Source: an uncultured Gammaproteobacteria bacterium
Lineage (GTDB): Bacteria; Pseudomonadota; Gammaproteobacteria; CAWCPV01
Direction: 5' to 3'
DNA length: 64,000 nt
Assembly (NCBI GenBank): GCA_963797555.1
Contig: CAWCPV010000007.1
Location: 160,001 to 224,000, forward strand
Shown: in pieces, positions 43,956 to 55,301 of the stretch
How positions within the stretch are numbered: the first letter of the stretch is position 1
How the letters are laid out: each line of letters opens with the position of its first letter
Made by a program: the position numbers and the translations under genes
Notes under the pieces: generated by a model
The model's input: the letters and a program-made list of their open reading frames with translations, nothing else
Told to the model about the DNA's origin: nothing
The model's database searches: none

Positions 43956-44787
43956 GTAGGATGCGGTGAACGAAGGGAACCGCATCGCTCGCGTTATTCC
44001 CGTGCCGCAATACTTGGGACGCCTTCGCCACCCCAATCCTCCGGGTAGACTCCTCGTCGCTTGAACGCGTGGAAACTGGAATGAGGCCAGTCGGCTACCC
44101 GCCGAACCCATCCGTGCTTTACCGGGTTCCAATGGATATAGTCCACGTGCCGGTTGAAGTCACCCTGGTCACGGATGAGATCTTCCCAAGAACGCCGCTG
44201 CCATAAACCCCTTTCGCCCCGTTTGGCGCGGCTTTCCGAAACGCGCTCGCCCGGTTCGATGGCAGGGGAGAACTGTCCTTGATGAGACTCCAGCGAACAG
44301 AAGACTCGGCATCGCCGGGCGGCAGCGTCCAGACGCAATGCAAATGATCCGGCAGGATCACCACCGCTTCCAGGTGGAACGGTGCCGTGCCCGAACACTA
44401 CGGAACACAGTGCGCAGCGCATCGATCCGCTGGACCAATAGCCGATTCCCCTGTCGCTCGGCCAGATTCACCGTGAAGAACCACGTGGCTCCAGGAAGCC
44501 AGGCACGGCGGTATTCGGTCACTTTCTCTCGTCCAGCTCTTTTCGCGAGCGATGCGGTTCCCTTCGTTCACCGCATCCTACGCGGGCTAATGACGTCATG
44601 CGGCGGATCGTCCCCCGCCTCTGCAAGGGGGAGCAGTGCGTCAAAGGGGCCAAGGCTCGAATATTTCTGCTGTGCGCAGTGGATTCATACCGCAAATTCT
44701 CCGTGGCCTCGGTTATGCCCGATGGAGTCGTCTCGCCCGACAGCACGGAGAGCGCGTAGGATGCAGTGAACGAAGGGATACCGCATC
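43956..44787. repeat. GTAG-type REP family A: GTAGGATGCGGTGAACGAAGGGAACCGCATC
   Basis: Copies at 43956-43986 (+), 44551-44581 (-), 44756-44787 (+), and a degenerate copy at 43154-43186. Confidence 0.85.
43994..44522 (-). CDS. REP-associated tyrosine transposase (RAYT), frameshifted
   Basis: YRRAWLPGATWFFTVNL, VILPDHLHCVWTLP, LWQRR.WE, DYIHWNPVKHG...WPHSSF; flanked by inverted REPs. Confidence 0.85.
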
Positions 44788-44969
44788 GCTCGCGTTACTC
44801 TCCTGCCACAATAGCTGGGACGTTCTCGCCACCCCGATCTTCCGGGTAGACTCCTCGGCGCTTGAACGCATGGAAACTCGAATGAGGCCAGTCGGCTATC
44901 CGCCGAACCCGTCCGTGTTTTGCCGGATCGCCGATGAAATGTTACCAACAACGGCGCTGCCATAGACCC

Positions 44970-46378
44970 CATCCCATTACACACAACTCGAGCATCTCCG
45001 GTAACATGCTGATCTCGCAACGAAGTGGAGGTAGGCATGAGCTGGGCGGCGGAGGAATTCAAGAGCATTGACCTGGGCGACAAGCGGCTGGACAAGCGCG
45101 CGATCCTATTGGCAGAGCGACTGGCGGAGAAGCCGACGGCGAGCATTCCGGGGGCCTGCGGGGGTTGGGCGGAGACGCAGGCGGCCTATCGCTTCTTCGC
45201 CCAGGACGACCTGGACTGGCGCGACATCCTCGCCCCGCACTGGCAGTGCTCTGAGGCGCGCATGAGCGAGCACCGTGTGGTGCTGTGCCTGCAAGACAGT
45301 GTCGAGCTCGATTTCAACGGCCAGGCCATCCAGGGTCTGGGGCCGCTCAATTACGAGGCGCAACGGGGCATGTTCCTGCACGCTACTTATGCGGTGACGC
45401 TTGCGCGCGAGCCCTTGGGAGTGCTGGATGCCTGGATGTGGGCGCGCGAGCCCAAAGACGAGAGCGGCGAGCGCGGAGGTCTCAAGGAGAGCATCCGCTG
45501 GACGGAAGGTTACGAGCGTGTGGCGGAGCTTGCGGCCGAGCTGCCGGACACGCGGCTGGTGTACGTGGCTGACCGGGAGGCCGATATCATGGAGCTGATG
45601 GCCCGTGCGCGGGATCTGGGTCACCCGGCCGACTGGCTGATTCGCTCCCGGCACAACCGCGCGCTTCCCGAAGGCGGCAAGCTCTGGGCAGCCGTGACCG
45701 CAGAAGCCCCCTTGGGCGAGGTGCGCTTCACTTTGCCTGCGCGCCATGGCCAGAAGGCACGTGAGGTGCGCCAACAGGTGTGGGCCAAGCGCGTAGAGCT
45801 CTCCGACGGCAAGCGCGGGCGGGTCGCGGCCACCTGCATCGTAGCGCGGGAAGTGGATGCGCCTGCGGGGGTGAAGCCCCTTGAATGGCGTTTGCTCACC
45901 AACCGCGAGGCCGCGACCATGGAGGCGGCAGCCGAGCTCATCGACTGGTATCGGGCGCGTTGGGAAATTGAGCGGTTCTTCGACATTTTGAAAAACGCCT
46001 GCCGCGTCGAAGCGCTGCAACTGAGCACGATGGAGCGCCTGGAGCGGGCGCTCGCCCTGTTCATGGTGGTCGCTTGGCGCATTGCCCGGCTGGTGCGCTT
46101 GGGGCGCACCTGTCCGGACTTGGACGCCGAGCTCCTGTTCGACCCGGACGAGTGGAAGGCGGCCTTCATCCTGAGCAAAAAGCCGGTGCCCAAGACCCCG
46201 CCGCGCCTCAACGAGGTGGTGCGCCTCGTGGCCCGGCTTGGCGGCTTCCTGGCCCGCAAGGGCGATGGCGAGCCCGGCGCCAAGACCCTCTGGCAAGGGC
46301 TTCAGCGGGTGATGGATTTCGCCGCAGGGCTCAAGTATGCGCGGGAGGCTCATGTTCTGAGTTGTGTGTAATGGGATG
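44970..46378 (+). mobile_element. IS4-family (IS50/Tn5-like) insertion sequence, 1409 bp
   Basis: Perfect 20-bp inverted ends CATCCCATTACACACAACTC; 9-bp target duplication CATAGACCC at 44961-44969 and 46379-46387. Confidence 0.93.
45037..46371 (+). CDS. IS4-family transposase
   Basis: WAAEEF..LGDKRL, ADREAD, YRARWEIERFF..LK, LGGFLARKGDGEPG. Confidence 0.93.
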   Translation: MSWAAEEFKSIDLGDKRLDKRAILLAERLAEKPTASIPGACGGWAETQAAYRFFAQDDLDWRDILAPHWQCSEARMSEHRVVLCLQDSVELDFNGQAIQGLGPLNYEAQRGMFLHATYAVTLAREPLGVLDAWMWAREPKDESGERGGLKESIRWTEGYERVAELAAELPDTRLVYVADREADIMELMARARDLGHPADWLIRSRHNRALPEGGKLWAAVTAEAPLGEVRFTLPARHGQKAREVRQQVWAKRVELSDGKRGRVAATCIVAREVDAPAGVKPLEWRLLTNREAATMEAAAELIDWYRARWEIERFFDILKNACRVEALQLSTMERLERALALFMVVAWRIARLVRLGRTCPDLDAELLFDPDEWKAAFILSKKPVPKTPPRLNEVVRLVARLGGFLARKGDGEPGAKTLWQGLQRVMDFAAGLKYAREAHVLSCV

Positions 46379-46458
46379 CATAGACCCCGTTCGCCCACTT
46401 ATAGCTAACTGCGCGGGCTGTCCACGCGACTTGATCTGGCGCGAGGTTGCGAGCGCTT

Positions 46459-47421
46459 TCAGGGTAGCGATCGCCCCGCATCAAGCTCTTCTCTGTCAAG
46501 GGCCGAACACAACCCGTTCTCTCTCAGGAACGCATAACCATTGAACCGACTGCCCGTATCCAGTTCATCGAGGTCAACCCAGCGATTGTATTCACTGGCG
46601 CGGCTAAAAGCTTTTTGAATTAGCTGCCACAGATAACCCTCATTCCTCCCTCCCAGAACACTATCAGTATGCGCCACCCATCTGGCGAAAACTAAAGCGA
46701 CTCCACGATCCATGCAGGCCATCACTTTGAGGCGCGTGCGTTCGTTGCTGCCAATCCGACTGGTATTGCCGCCCCATTTCTCAACGTCACGGAAGTGCTG
46801 GTTCCCCATGACTTCAATCGCCTCACTCCTCGACTTGTTCCAAAAATCGAGTTCGAGACGTCGCTGCGTGCTTTGCCTCAGAAACTCGGGACGAACACGG
46901 TGATGCCATTGTCCCGCGGCATTAGCCTGGAGGACTCGAAATACTACAAGTTCTCCTTCGGAACTGCTTGAACCGGCGATGCCTTCATGGATTAGCTTAT
47001 CCAACTCATCTAGGTACTCTCCTAGAAGGTCGATAGCCTTCCGGACATCCATGTGACCCTTGGTATTCGGATCCAGGCGCTTGGAGGTGGGGATGACAAT
47101 ACGAGCCCAGTCTCGACCGGTTCGTGTATGAGCACAAAGTGCGCGCGTTTCCCTAGTTAGAGCACCGGGATGGTAAAGTTCTATAATCGCATTATGCGAC
47201 TCTACGGCGAACACCGCGATACGGTGACCAGGATTACCTACTGGCGTTAAGTAATGGCAATATTGGCTCCGAGACTCGCGTATGCTTGCCTTCGATGTTT
47301 CAAGTCGATGAGCATACGCGTCGTAAATAATTTCAAGGGCTTTCGCCGCTTCGTGATATCGAGGAGGGACAAAGCGGCGGAAACCGTCGCGCGCGTAATC
47401 GAATACCTCGTGACGTGCCAT
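46459..47421 (-). CDS. Hypothetical protein with a C-terminal Vsr/DUF559-like nuclease motif
   Basis: RLELDFW....AIEVMGNQHF; lower GC. Confidence 0.55.
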   Translation of the reverse strand: MARHEVFDYARDGFRRFVPPRYHEAAKALEIIYDAYAHRLETSKASIRESRSQYCHYLTPVGNPGHRIAVFAVESHNAIIELYHPGALTRETRALCAHTRTGRDWARIVIPTSKRLDPNTKGHMDVRKAIDLLGEYLDELDKLIHEGIAGSSSSEGELVVFRVLQANAAGQWHHRVRPEFLRQSTQRRLELDFWNKSRSEAIEVMGNQHFRDVEKWGGNTSRIGSNERTRLKVMACMDRGVALVFARWVAHTDSVLGGRNEGYLWQLIQKAFSRASEYNRWVDLDELDTGSRFNGYAFLRENGLCSALDREELDAGRSLP

Positions 47422-47593
47422 ATCTGTGAGCTCCCTAAGCCACCTGAACCGGCAAAGCCGGACACCAAACAGAAAGTAGTCCAGTCCAGCCTAGGCCGTG
47501 CAAGACAGTATGCGGCGGATCGCCCCATCGCCCCCGGTAGGCGGACGCTGTTACAAGCCCGCCCTACAAAAAGCACTGTACCTGTCGGGGCTA

Positions 47594-50500
47594 CTATTGG
47601 CCTTCGTGACCGCCAACTCCCCTTAGCGAAGCGATCTGGGCCTTAAGTTGTCTGGCATATGGGTGCTGGGGGACCTCGCGCAGCACCCGGTCGATCAGCG
47701 GCTCGGCTTCCTCGAATCTGTCGACCGAGCACAGGCTGCCCGCGTATCCCACGGTGATCTCGGCGTTCTGCGGGTTCGCCTGCCAGAGGACCTGGTAGAT
47801 CTCCACCGCGCGCCGGTACACCTGCTCCGCCTCGGCCTCCTGACCGGTATGGCTCAGCAGAAGCCCCAGGTTGTGCAACGCCGCGGCCAGGCCGTACCCG
47901 ATGCGCGCATTATCGGGATTCGCCTGCCACAGCGCCTGGTAGATCTCCAACGCGTCCCGGTACACCTGCTCCGCCTCGGCCACCTGCCCGACCTCCAGCG
48001 CCAGGACCCCGAAAGTGCTCAGCACCGCGGCCAGGCCGTTGCCGATGTCCATGTTCTCGGGGCTCGCTTGCCACAGCGCCTGGTAGATCTCCAGCGCGCG
48101 CCGGTACGCCCGCACCGCCTCGGCCGCCTGCCCAGCATCCCTCAGCAGGTGTAGGTGTTCCCCAGATTGTACAGTGCCACGGCCAGGCCGTGGCCGATGT
48201 CAACGTTCTCGGGGCTCGCCTGCCATAGCGCCTCGTCGATCTCGACCGCACGCCGTGACGTCCGCACTGCCTCGGCCAACTGCCCAGCACCCTCAGCAGG
48301 ATCCCCAGGTTGCTCAGCGCGGCGGCCAGCCTGTAGCCGACGCCCACATTCTGCGGGTTCGCCTGCCACAGGGCCTCGCCGATCTCCACCGCGCGGCGGC
48401 ACGCCCGCTCCGCCTCGGCCGCCTGCCCGGCCTCCCTCAGCAGCATCCCCAGATTATTCAGCGTCATCGCCAGGCCCTTGCCGATGTCCACATTCTCGGG
48501 GCTGGCTTGCCGCAGCGCCTCGCCGATCTCCACTGCGCGGCGCCACAACCGTTCCGCCTCGGCCACCTGCCCGGATCCCTCAGCAGCTTCCCCAAGTTGT
48601 TCAGGGACGCGCCCAAGCCGTCGCCGATGTCAACGTTCTCCGGATTCGCCTGCCACAGCGCCTCGCCAATCTCCACTGCGCTCCGGTGCACCCGTTCGGC
48701 CTCGGTCGCCCGCCCGGTATCCGCCAGCAGGGGCCCCAGGTTGGTCAGGGCCGCGGTCAGGCGGTCGCCGATGCCTCCGTCCTCGGGGCTCGCCTGCCAC
48801 AGCGTCGAGGTCGATCTCCGCCGCGCGCCGGTACGTCCGCTCCGCCTCGGCCGCCTGCCCGGCGCCCGCCAGCAGGAGCCCCAGGCTGGTCAGTGCCCCG
48901 GCCAGGCGGTCGCCGATGCCCGCGTTCTCGGGGTTCGCCCGCGACAGCGCCTCGTAGATCGCGACGCAGGCCTGGTAGAAGGTCCTCGCCGCCAGGGCAA
49001 AAGGCGTGCTCGCCAACTGGGAGCCCGCGGCATGGAGCGCATCGGCGGATGCGGCCCCGCCCGTGCGCGTTAAGGCGCGAACGGTTGCCTCGGCCGCCGC
49101 GCTGCCCGTGTCCGGAACGTAGCCGCTCCGACCCCGCTCCACGAGGAAGGCAGTCAGGACTTCGCCCATCCACCCGGACGGCAGAGGCGTCCATGCTCCG
49201 AGCCCGGGTATGCTGCGGATCGTCTTCGTCCACGAGGGCGAGGTTTCGGCCAGCGTAGGTACCCACTCCAGCCGCCCCATGGCGGCCCAGTCCCGCAGAA
49301 GGAAGCCGAATGCGCCCGCATACTCCGGGAACACCCCGGCGGGCTGCGCTCGGCGCGTCCAGTAGGCCAGCTCGTCCTCCCCCGCGGGGCGGGCTGCGTC
49401 GAGATAGCGGTAGATCAGATACTCTGCCACGGCCTCGAACAAGAAGCGGTAGCCGCCTCCCTCCTCGCGCACCCGCTTGGCGATGAGCCCCTCATGGGCC
49501 ATCGCTTCGACGGGGCTGAGGGAGAGCCGGGCCTCCTCGGCGGACCGCGCCTCCGCCCAGGCGCGCCGGATAGCATTGCAGTCGTCGTCGCCGAGATCGG
49601 CGCTGGCGCGTCCCAGGTCGCCCAGGAGGTGTGCCACCACCGCCTCGATGCTTTCCTTCAGGCCGGGATGGTCGGCCACCGCGCGCTCGACGTAGCGGCG
49701 AAACAGGGCGGGCACGGTGGTCAGCGCTTCCGCCTCCCTCCCGTCGAAGGTCTCCATGAAGAGATGCAGGTAGAGCGGGTTGGTGAGGAGCGCGCGTGTC
49801 GCCTCCGGCAGTCCATTCCAGGCGGTGCGGCAGCCGGGAATGGGGCCGCGCCCCGCGGCGGCCGGCTGTCCGGCAGCCGCCTGGTACCGCCGGTAGACCT
49901 CGGCGGCCTGCCCCGCGGTGAGGGGCTCCAGCGTCAGCACCGGCGGGCCCGGCTGCCGCGGCCCTTCCTGCGGCTCGGCGACGTAGAGCCAGGGCCGCAG
50001 CCCTTCGAGCCGGCTCGTCTCCTGGGCGCCCATCTTGCCCGACCAGATGGCGAGCCACTCCTGGCGGGTCGAGATCACCATCTTGCACCAGGGGAAGCGC
50101 GCGGCCGTGGCAATCATCTCCAGAGCCTCGTCGACCACCTTCCCCGCGTAAGGGGCCTCGTTGAGCGCGTCCAGCACCAGGATCAGGCGCCTCCCTTCCA
50201 CCCGGTCGTCTTTCCAGCGCCCGTGCAGATGCTGTAGCAGTTCGGCGAAAAGACTGAAGCCCGCCGTTGCCGAGGGCTTTGGCTTATCGCGCGTCTCGGC
50301 CGGGGTGACCGCGAGACCGAGCTTCTCGGCCACATCGCGGAACAACGATATGCCTTCGGCGCGGAGCGCCACGCCGTCGCCGCGCAGGAAGAGCACGAGG
50401 TTCGGGTTCTCGCGCCGGGCATCGGCCCGGTCGACGGCCGTGAGCCTCTCCACCTGCCGTGCGAGGAACGCGGTCTTCCCCGATCCCGCGAGCCCCGTCA

Positions 50501-51686
50501 GCACCAGGCCGTTCACGCAGCGGGCGCGGCTCGTGTCCGCGGCCCAGCGCTCGGGATCGGGCACGCGCAGGAAGCGCTCGAAGTGGCGCTCGAGGTCTTC
50601 GAACGGCACGTAGCACACGGGGAAATACTTCTGCCCGATGAGATCGTCCAGGGTGCGCCGGGAGTAATCCGCCGCGCTGTCGGCGATGGTCCAGGGGTAA
50701 GTGTGCTCCTTGCTCAGGAAGAAGCTGATGTGCCGGGCTGCGAGCAATTCTTTCAGCCGCTCGCAGGCAGGACTATCCGCGGCACGGTGGTGCGTGCCCA
50801 GGTAGTAGATGTAGCTCCGCTCTTCCAACCGCTGCTTGGTTTCGACCCGAATCCCGTAGTGTCCGTCATAGAGATAAAGCGGCTCCTGCTCGGTCAGCGG
50901 ATTGAACAGGGGATAGAGGGGCACCGGCGCGGCTCCCGGAAAGGTCAGCACTGCGCGCGACTGCTCCAGGGCCTCGATCAGCTCATCCGACAGCGCCTCT
51001 TCGGCCGGATCGCGCAGCCGGGCGCCCCGCAGCCGGCGCAACCTGGCGCGGCCGGTGGCGAGAGCCTCCATACCATCGAGTCCCACCAGCAGGTCGGCGT
51101 CGCCCAGGAAGTCGAAGGCCGCGAGCACCTCATGCAACACGGGCAGGTACTGCTCTAGGTGGCGCGCCGCCTCCTCTTCGTCCGCGAGCCCGCCGTGGGC
51201 GGTTTCGTTCCGCAGCGCCAGGATCGCCTCGAGCGGATTGAGACTGGTGCGCCCGCGCAACCCCACAGGCCGCTCCGCGGTCCGCCCGAGTGCCTTGAGA
51301 GCTTCCCCAAGTCGCGGGAACAGGGGCTCGATGCCGACCCGCGGCAGGTGCCGGCTCAAGGCCCCGGCGAGCGCGATCCAGTCGCTGAAAAACGGCGAGC
51401 GGATCGCCGCTATGGCCCGATTGAGCGCCGAGACGCCCTTCTGGGCGGATGTGTCGATGTCTTCCCGCAGGTACTGACCGACCAGCGGCAGGCACACCAT
51501 CCTGAGCAACTGGTATTCGGTGAAGCAGAGCGCCCAGCGGCGGATCGACGGCGGCCGCTCGTGCTCGTCGAACATGAGCGAGTACGGGTAAGCGACGGGA
51601 TACGGAAAGTCATCAAGGACACGCTGGTTGGGTTCGACCATATCTTGCCTCTCTGAGCGAGTCGCCGCCGGCTTTATGGTATCCAC
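47594..51686 (-). CDS. STAND-type P-loop ATPase with C-terminal TPR array and N-terminal HEPN-like motif (several frameshifts in the TPR part)
   Basis: RNETAH; Walker A GLAGSGKT; Walker B LILVLDALNE; ISTR; NPLYL; repeats of about 49 aa (147 bp) at 47700-48960. Confidence 0.78.
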
Positions 51687-52017
51687 TCAACGCGTTTTCT
51701 GCCCCGGTTTCGCTTTCGAACCGGGCCTGACCGTCCTTCACGCGAACCCAGAATGTGCGGGGCCGCGCCGCGTTCCGCTCGCTACAATCCCAGCAGGCGG
51801 CGGACGTGCGGATGGCGGTTTTCCTAGCGGGGGGACAGGGCCAGCTTTCATCCGCTCCTTTGGAGCGCGTAGCTCCGACTTCGAGGCTCCAAACTCCGGC
51901 GTCGAGGTTCGGGGAAATAACAGGGGACGGCCCCGGGGCAGACCCCTATTGTGTCCCCCCTCTCCGCCTGCCCGTTGTGTATCATAGACTCATATCGTAC
52001 TCACCCGACGTACTCCC

Positions 52018-52524
52018 ATGACCAGTCAGAGCAAACGGGCGAACTTCGACGTGACGCCTGAACAGGAGGCGCGCCTCAGCGCCGTCAAAGAACTGCTCCA
52101 GGCGTCCTCGCTGAAGGATGCCGTACTCCGCATGACCAGTGTGATGCTGGTTCTGGCGCGCGAGCTTGCCAGCGGCAAGCATCTGTACCTCGGCGAGCGC
52201 CCCGAGACGGCGGAACGATTGGTGCTGCCGGAGCTCGAAACGGTCGATGGCGGCTGGCGCTGGCTGGTCGCCCGCCCGCACCCCTGGCGCCGGCAGCTCT
52301 GGGTCAAGGGGCGCAAGCTCCTGGCCGCACAGGTCTGGTCGGACATGCGTGCCAACCAACTGACCAGGGAGCAGGTCTCCCTGGACTGGGACCTGCCGCC
52401 GCAGGCCGTGGACGAGATCGTTCGGTACTGCGAGGACAACGCGGCCCTGATCGCGCTCGAGGCAGACGAGGAACGACGCCGGCTCAGCGACGCGGGAGTC
52501 GCGCTTGCGCCTGCTCCTCGATGA
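52018..52524 (+). CDS. DUF433-like antitoxin
   Basis: PHPWRRQLWVKGRKL...AVDEIVRYCEDN; overlaps the following PIN gene. Confidence 0.65.
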   Translation: MTSQSKRANFDVTPEQEARLSAVKELLQASSLKDAVLRMTSVMLVLARELASGKHLYLGERPETAERLVLPELETVDGGWRWLVARPHPWRRQLWVKGRKLLAAQVWSDMRANQLTREQVSLDWDLPPQAVDEIVRYCEDNAALIALEADEERRRLSDAGVALAPAPR

Positions 52525-52859
52525 GGACACCCAGGCGCGGCGCCTGGTCGACCTTTTACGGACGCGGGGCCACGACGTGCTGACAGTCGGTGAGGCGGAC
52601 CGGATTGGAGCCTCCGACACCGAGGTTTTGACGCTGGCCGCTGCAACAGATCGTGTCCTGCTCACCCGCAACTGCGCCGACTATCTCGCTCTGCACGAGC
52701 GCGGCACCGCCCACGGCGGCAGTTCTGTGCGTGTACCAGGACTCGGACCTGGGCAAGGCCATGCGCTACGAGGACATCGCCCGTGCCCTGGGGAACCTAG
52801 AAGGTTCCGGGGTCCATCTGGAAGGCATGTTCTTGGCGGTCAACGCATGGATCTATTGA
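52505..52859 (+). CDS. DUF5615 PIN-like toxin (frameshift near 52720)
   Basis: MRLLLDED...GHDV...ASDTEVL...RVLLTRN..DY. Confidence 0.78.
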
Positions 52860-53066
52860 CGCAGGCACCGCACGGTGGATCCAACGACATCCAGCGCATG
52901 GCGTACGCTGGCACGGTCGGCGGTGTCGCCTATCGCACCCCGATTCGCCGCCGTCGCCAGCCCGCGGTATCCCGGAAGGCCAAGCGAGCGTGGCCCGGAA
53001 GCCCGCGTAGGGCGGAAGCCCCTTGCGGGCGTTCCGCCGAACGCATCGGGCCGATAAGATCGCGCC

Positions 53067-53520
53067 ATGCCCGACTACCGCCGCTATCGCGTGCCCGGCG
53101 GCACCTACTTCTTCACCGTCAATCTCCTGGAGCGCCGCACGGACTTGTTGGTGCGCCATATCGACTCGCTGCGCGAAGCGGTGGCGCGTACTCGGGCGGA
53201 GCGGTCTTTCCACATCGATTGCCAAATGTCCACGCTCGTGTCGCGTTATCTGTGCCGCGGAGCGCCGCTCATGGTGAGTTCCCACGGCCCGCATCGAAGC
53301 GTATCCTGATGGCCTTGATGCGGTTGGGGAAGTCATCATCGCTAGGGGCCGGCTGAGCACACGATGGAGGTGATCGCGGCCGGAGCGAACCATCCAACGT
53401 CCGTTTCTGGGGATATGCCATCCGCGACCAAGACGATTATGCGCGGCACATGGACTACCTTCACTTCAACCCGGTGGAATAAGGCTATGTGACGATGAAA
53501 TGGCGAATACGGCCATTGCG
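53067..53520 (+). pseudogene. RAYT transposase with an inverted internal segment
   Basis: MPDYRRYRVPGGTYFFTVNLLER; 53219-53397 matches copy 2 only as its reverse complement. Confidence 0.75.
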
Positions 53521-53828
53521 CGACGGTCTCGGTTGGCAAGAGAGGGTGTGTATCCCCGCTCGTGGGGCAGCGAAGGCGCGGCCGACGTTGCCGCCGGCGA
53601 GCGGGGTTGAGGCCATGCGGCGGAACGCCCGCAAGGGGCTTCCGCCCTACGCGGGCTGGAGTCCCTGCTCGCGGAGCCGGAATTCGACCCCCTGCGCCGC
53701 TTGCTCGCCGAGCGCGCCGTTCCCGTCGCCGAGATCCAGCGCGCCATCGACGAGCTGCTACAGGCTTCGGAGAACGAGCCGTCGGCGACCCCAGGTGGCC
53801 AATCGTCCGACTCGGATGCGACGGCCGG

Positions 53829-54161
53829 CTAAGGGCCGGGTTCTCCCGGGTGCCGCCGCAGCTCCATCGCGTCGTGGAGAAATCGCAGGACCTCGATGTC
53901 GCCTGCGGTGGAGACGCGGTAGACGAGCAGGTGGCGGGCCGGTCGTCCCGCCCGACCGATGTGCAGGGTGCGCACCCCGGGCCGGATCTCGTCGCGTGCC
54001 CGGCTTGTCGGACCCCGGGGATCATCCAAAAGCTCCGCGAACGCGGCGGAGATGAGCGTCCCATAGGACGCGGCCTGGGCCGCTCCCCAACGGCTCGCGG
54101 TGAATCTCAGGGTCGCCCGGATATCCTGCTCCGCCCGGGCGGTCAGGAGCAGGCGGCGCAC
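53829..54161 (-). CDS. ParE/RelE family toxin
   Basis: LTARAEQDI...WGAAQAASY...HLLVYR...VLRFLHDAMEL. Confidence 0.85.
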   Translation of the reverse strand: MRRLLLTARAEQDIRATLRFTASRWGAAQAASYGTLISAAFAELLDDPRGPTSRARDEIRPGVRTLHIGRAGRPARHLLVYRVSTAGDIEVLRFLHDAMELRRHPGEPGP

Positions 54162-54470
54162 TCAGGTACCGGGAGCCGTCGGAGGCACATCCTCGGCCGG
54201 GTCGGCATCCTCTCGAAGGAGATGCGCCATGACATCCTCGACCCCCTCGAACGCGCGGTAGCGGCCCTCCGTCAGGTCCATCAGCGCTTCGTCGACCGCC
54301 CCACGCAAGGCCTCGAGGCGTGCCTGGTCCTCCAACTCCCGTTGCTCGACGAGCCGCAGCCCCTCGCGCAGGACCTCGCTCGCGTTTTGATAGCGGCCGC
54401 TATCCACCAGGGAGCCGATCAGGGCCTCCTGGTGGTTGGTCAAAACGACATTGCGTGTGGGCATGGTCAC
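54162..54470 (-). CDS. ParD family antitoxin
   Basis: TRNVVLT...LVDSGRYQNASEVLREGLRLVE. Confidence 0.88.
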   Translation of the reverse strand: MTMPTRNVVLTNHQEALIGSLVDSGRYQNASEVLREGLRLVEQRELEDQARLEALRGAVDEALMDLTEGRYRAFEGVEDVMAHLLREDADPAEDVPPTAPGT

Positions 54471-54772
54471 CTCCGATGTTGCGGCTGACGTTCGAGTCCT
54501 GCCGCGGGCGCTTCAAACCGTGCTCGCCCTCCGGCAGAGGAGCGGGGGTGGGGGATACGGTCATGGAGCCCGCGGCCCTGATTGCTCAGGGTCGCGCGAA
54601 GGCCCCGCCCCTTTCGGAACCGAACCGATGGCATGGCATATTATGCCATGACCCAGCGCTGGGCGGCCATCCGGCCCGGTCGCGGCCCCTGCCTGGCCTG
54701 ATTCCAGCCCGCGTAGGGCGGAAGCCCCTTGCTGGCGTTCCGCCGAACGCATCGGGCCGATAAGATCGCGCC

Positions 54773-55260
54773 ATGCCCGACTACCGCCACTATCGCGTGC
54801 CCGGCGGCACCTACTTGTTCACCGTCAGTCTCCTGGAGCGCCGCACGGACTTGTTGGTGCGCCATATCGAGTCGCTGCGCGAGGCGGTGGCGCGTACCCG
54901 GGCGGAGCGGTCTTTCCACATCGATAGATGTGGTGGTCCTACCGGATCACGTCCATTGCGTGCTCACCCTGCCCCCGGCGATGATGACTTCTCCAACCGC
55001 ATCAAGGCCATCGAGATGCGCTTCGTGCGGGCCGCGGGGCCCGTTGAGCGGCGCTCATCAGCGCGGGTAGCGCGCCGAGAGCGTGGAATCTGGCAACGCC
55101 GTTTCTGGGAACTATGCCATCCCGCGACCAAGACGATTATGCGCGGCGCATGGACTACCTTCACTTCAACCCAGTGAAACACGGCTATGCGACGGCCGTC
55201 GCGGTCTGGCCGTATTCGACGTTCATCGGTTGGCGACCGTCCGCGCGGCCCAAGCGATAG
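54773..55260 (+). pseudogene. RAYT transposase copy 2, frameshifted
   Basis: [51 protein letters not shown]. Confidence 0.8.
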
Positions 55261-55301
55261 TGGGGTTGCCAATGCATATGCGATATGCATACTAGGACGT
55301 T

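Larger units (their letters stand above)
53007..54744. repeat. GTAG-type REP family B: GTAGGGCGGAAGCCCCTTGCGGGCGTTCCGCC
   Basis: Copies at 53007-53038 (+), 53619-53650 (-), 54713-54744 (+). Confidence 0.85.

Noticed and set aside
42860-48960. Diversity-generating retroelement (RT fragment near repeated TPR sequences)
   Set aside because: Only an RT0-like stub is present, with no catalytic domain; no template/variable pair with adenine-specific differences was seen
43154-54744. CRISPR arrays made of the roughly 31-nt palindromic repeats
   Set aside because: Copies are few, inverted and irregularly spaced, start with GTAG and flank RAYT genes, so they are REPs; no cas genes
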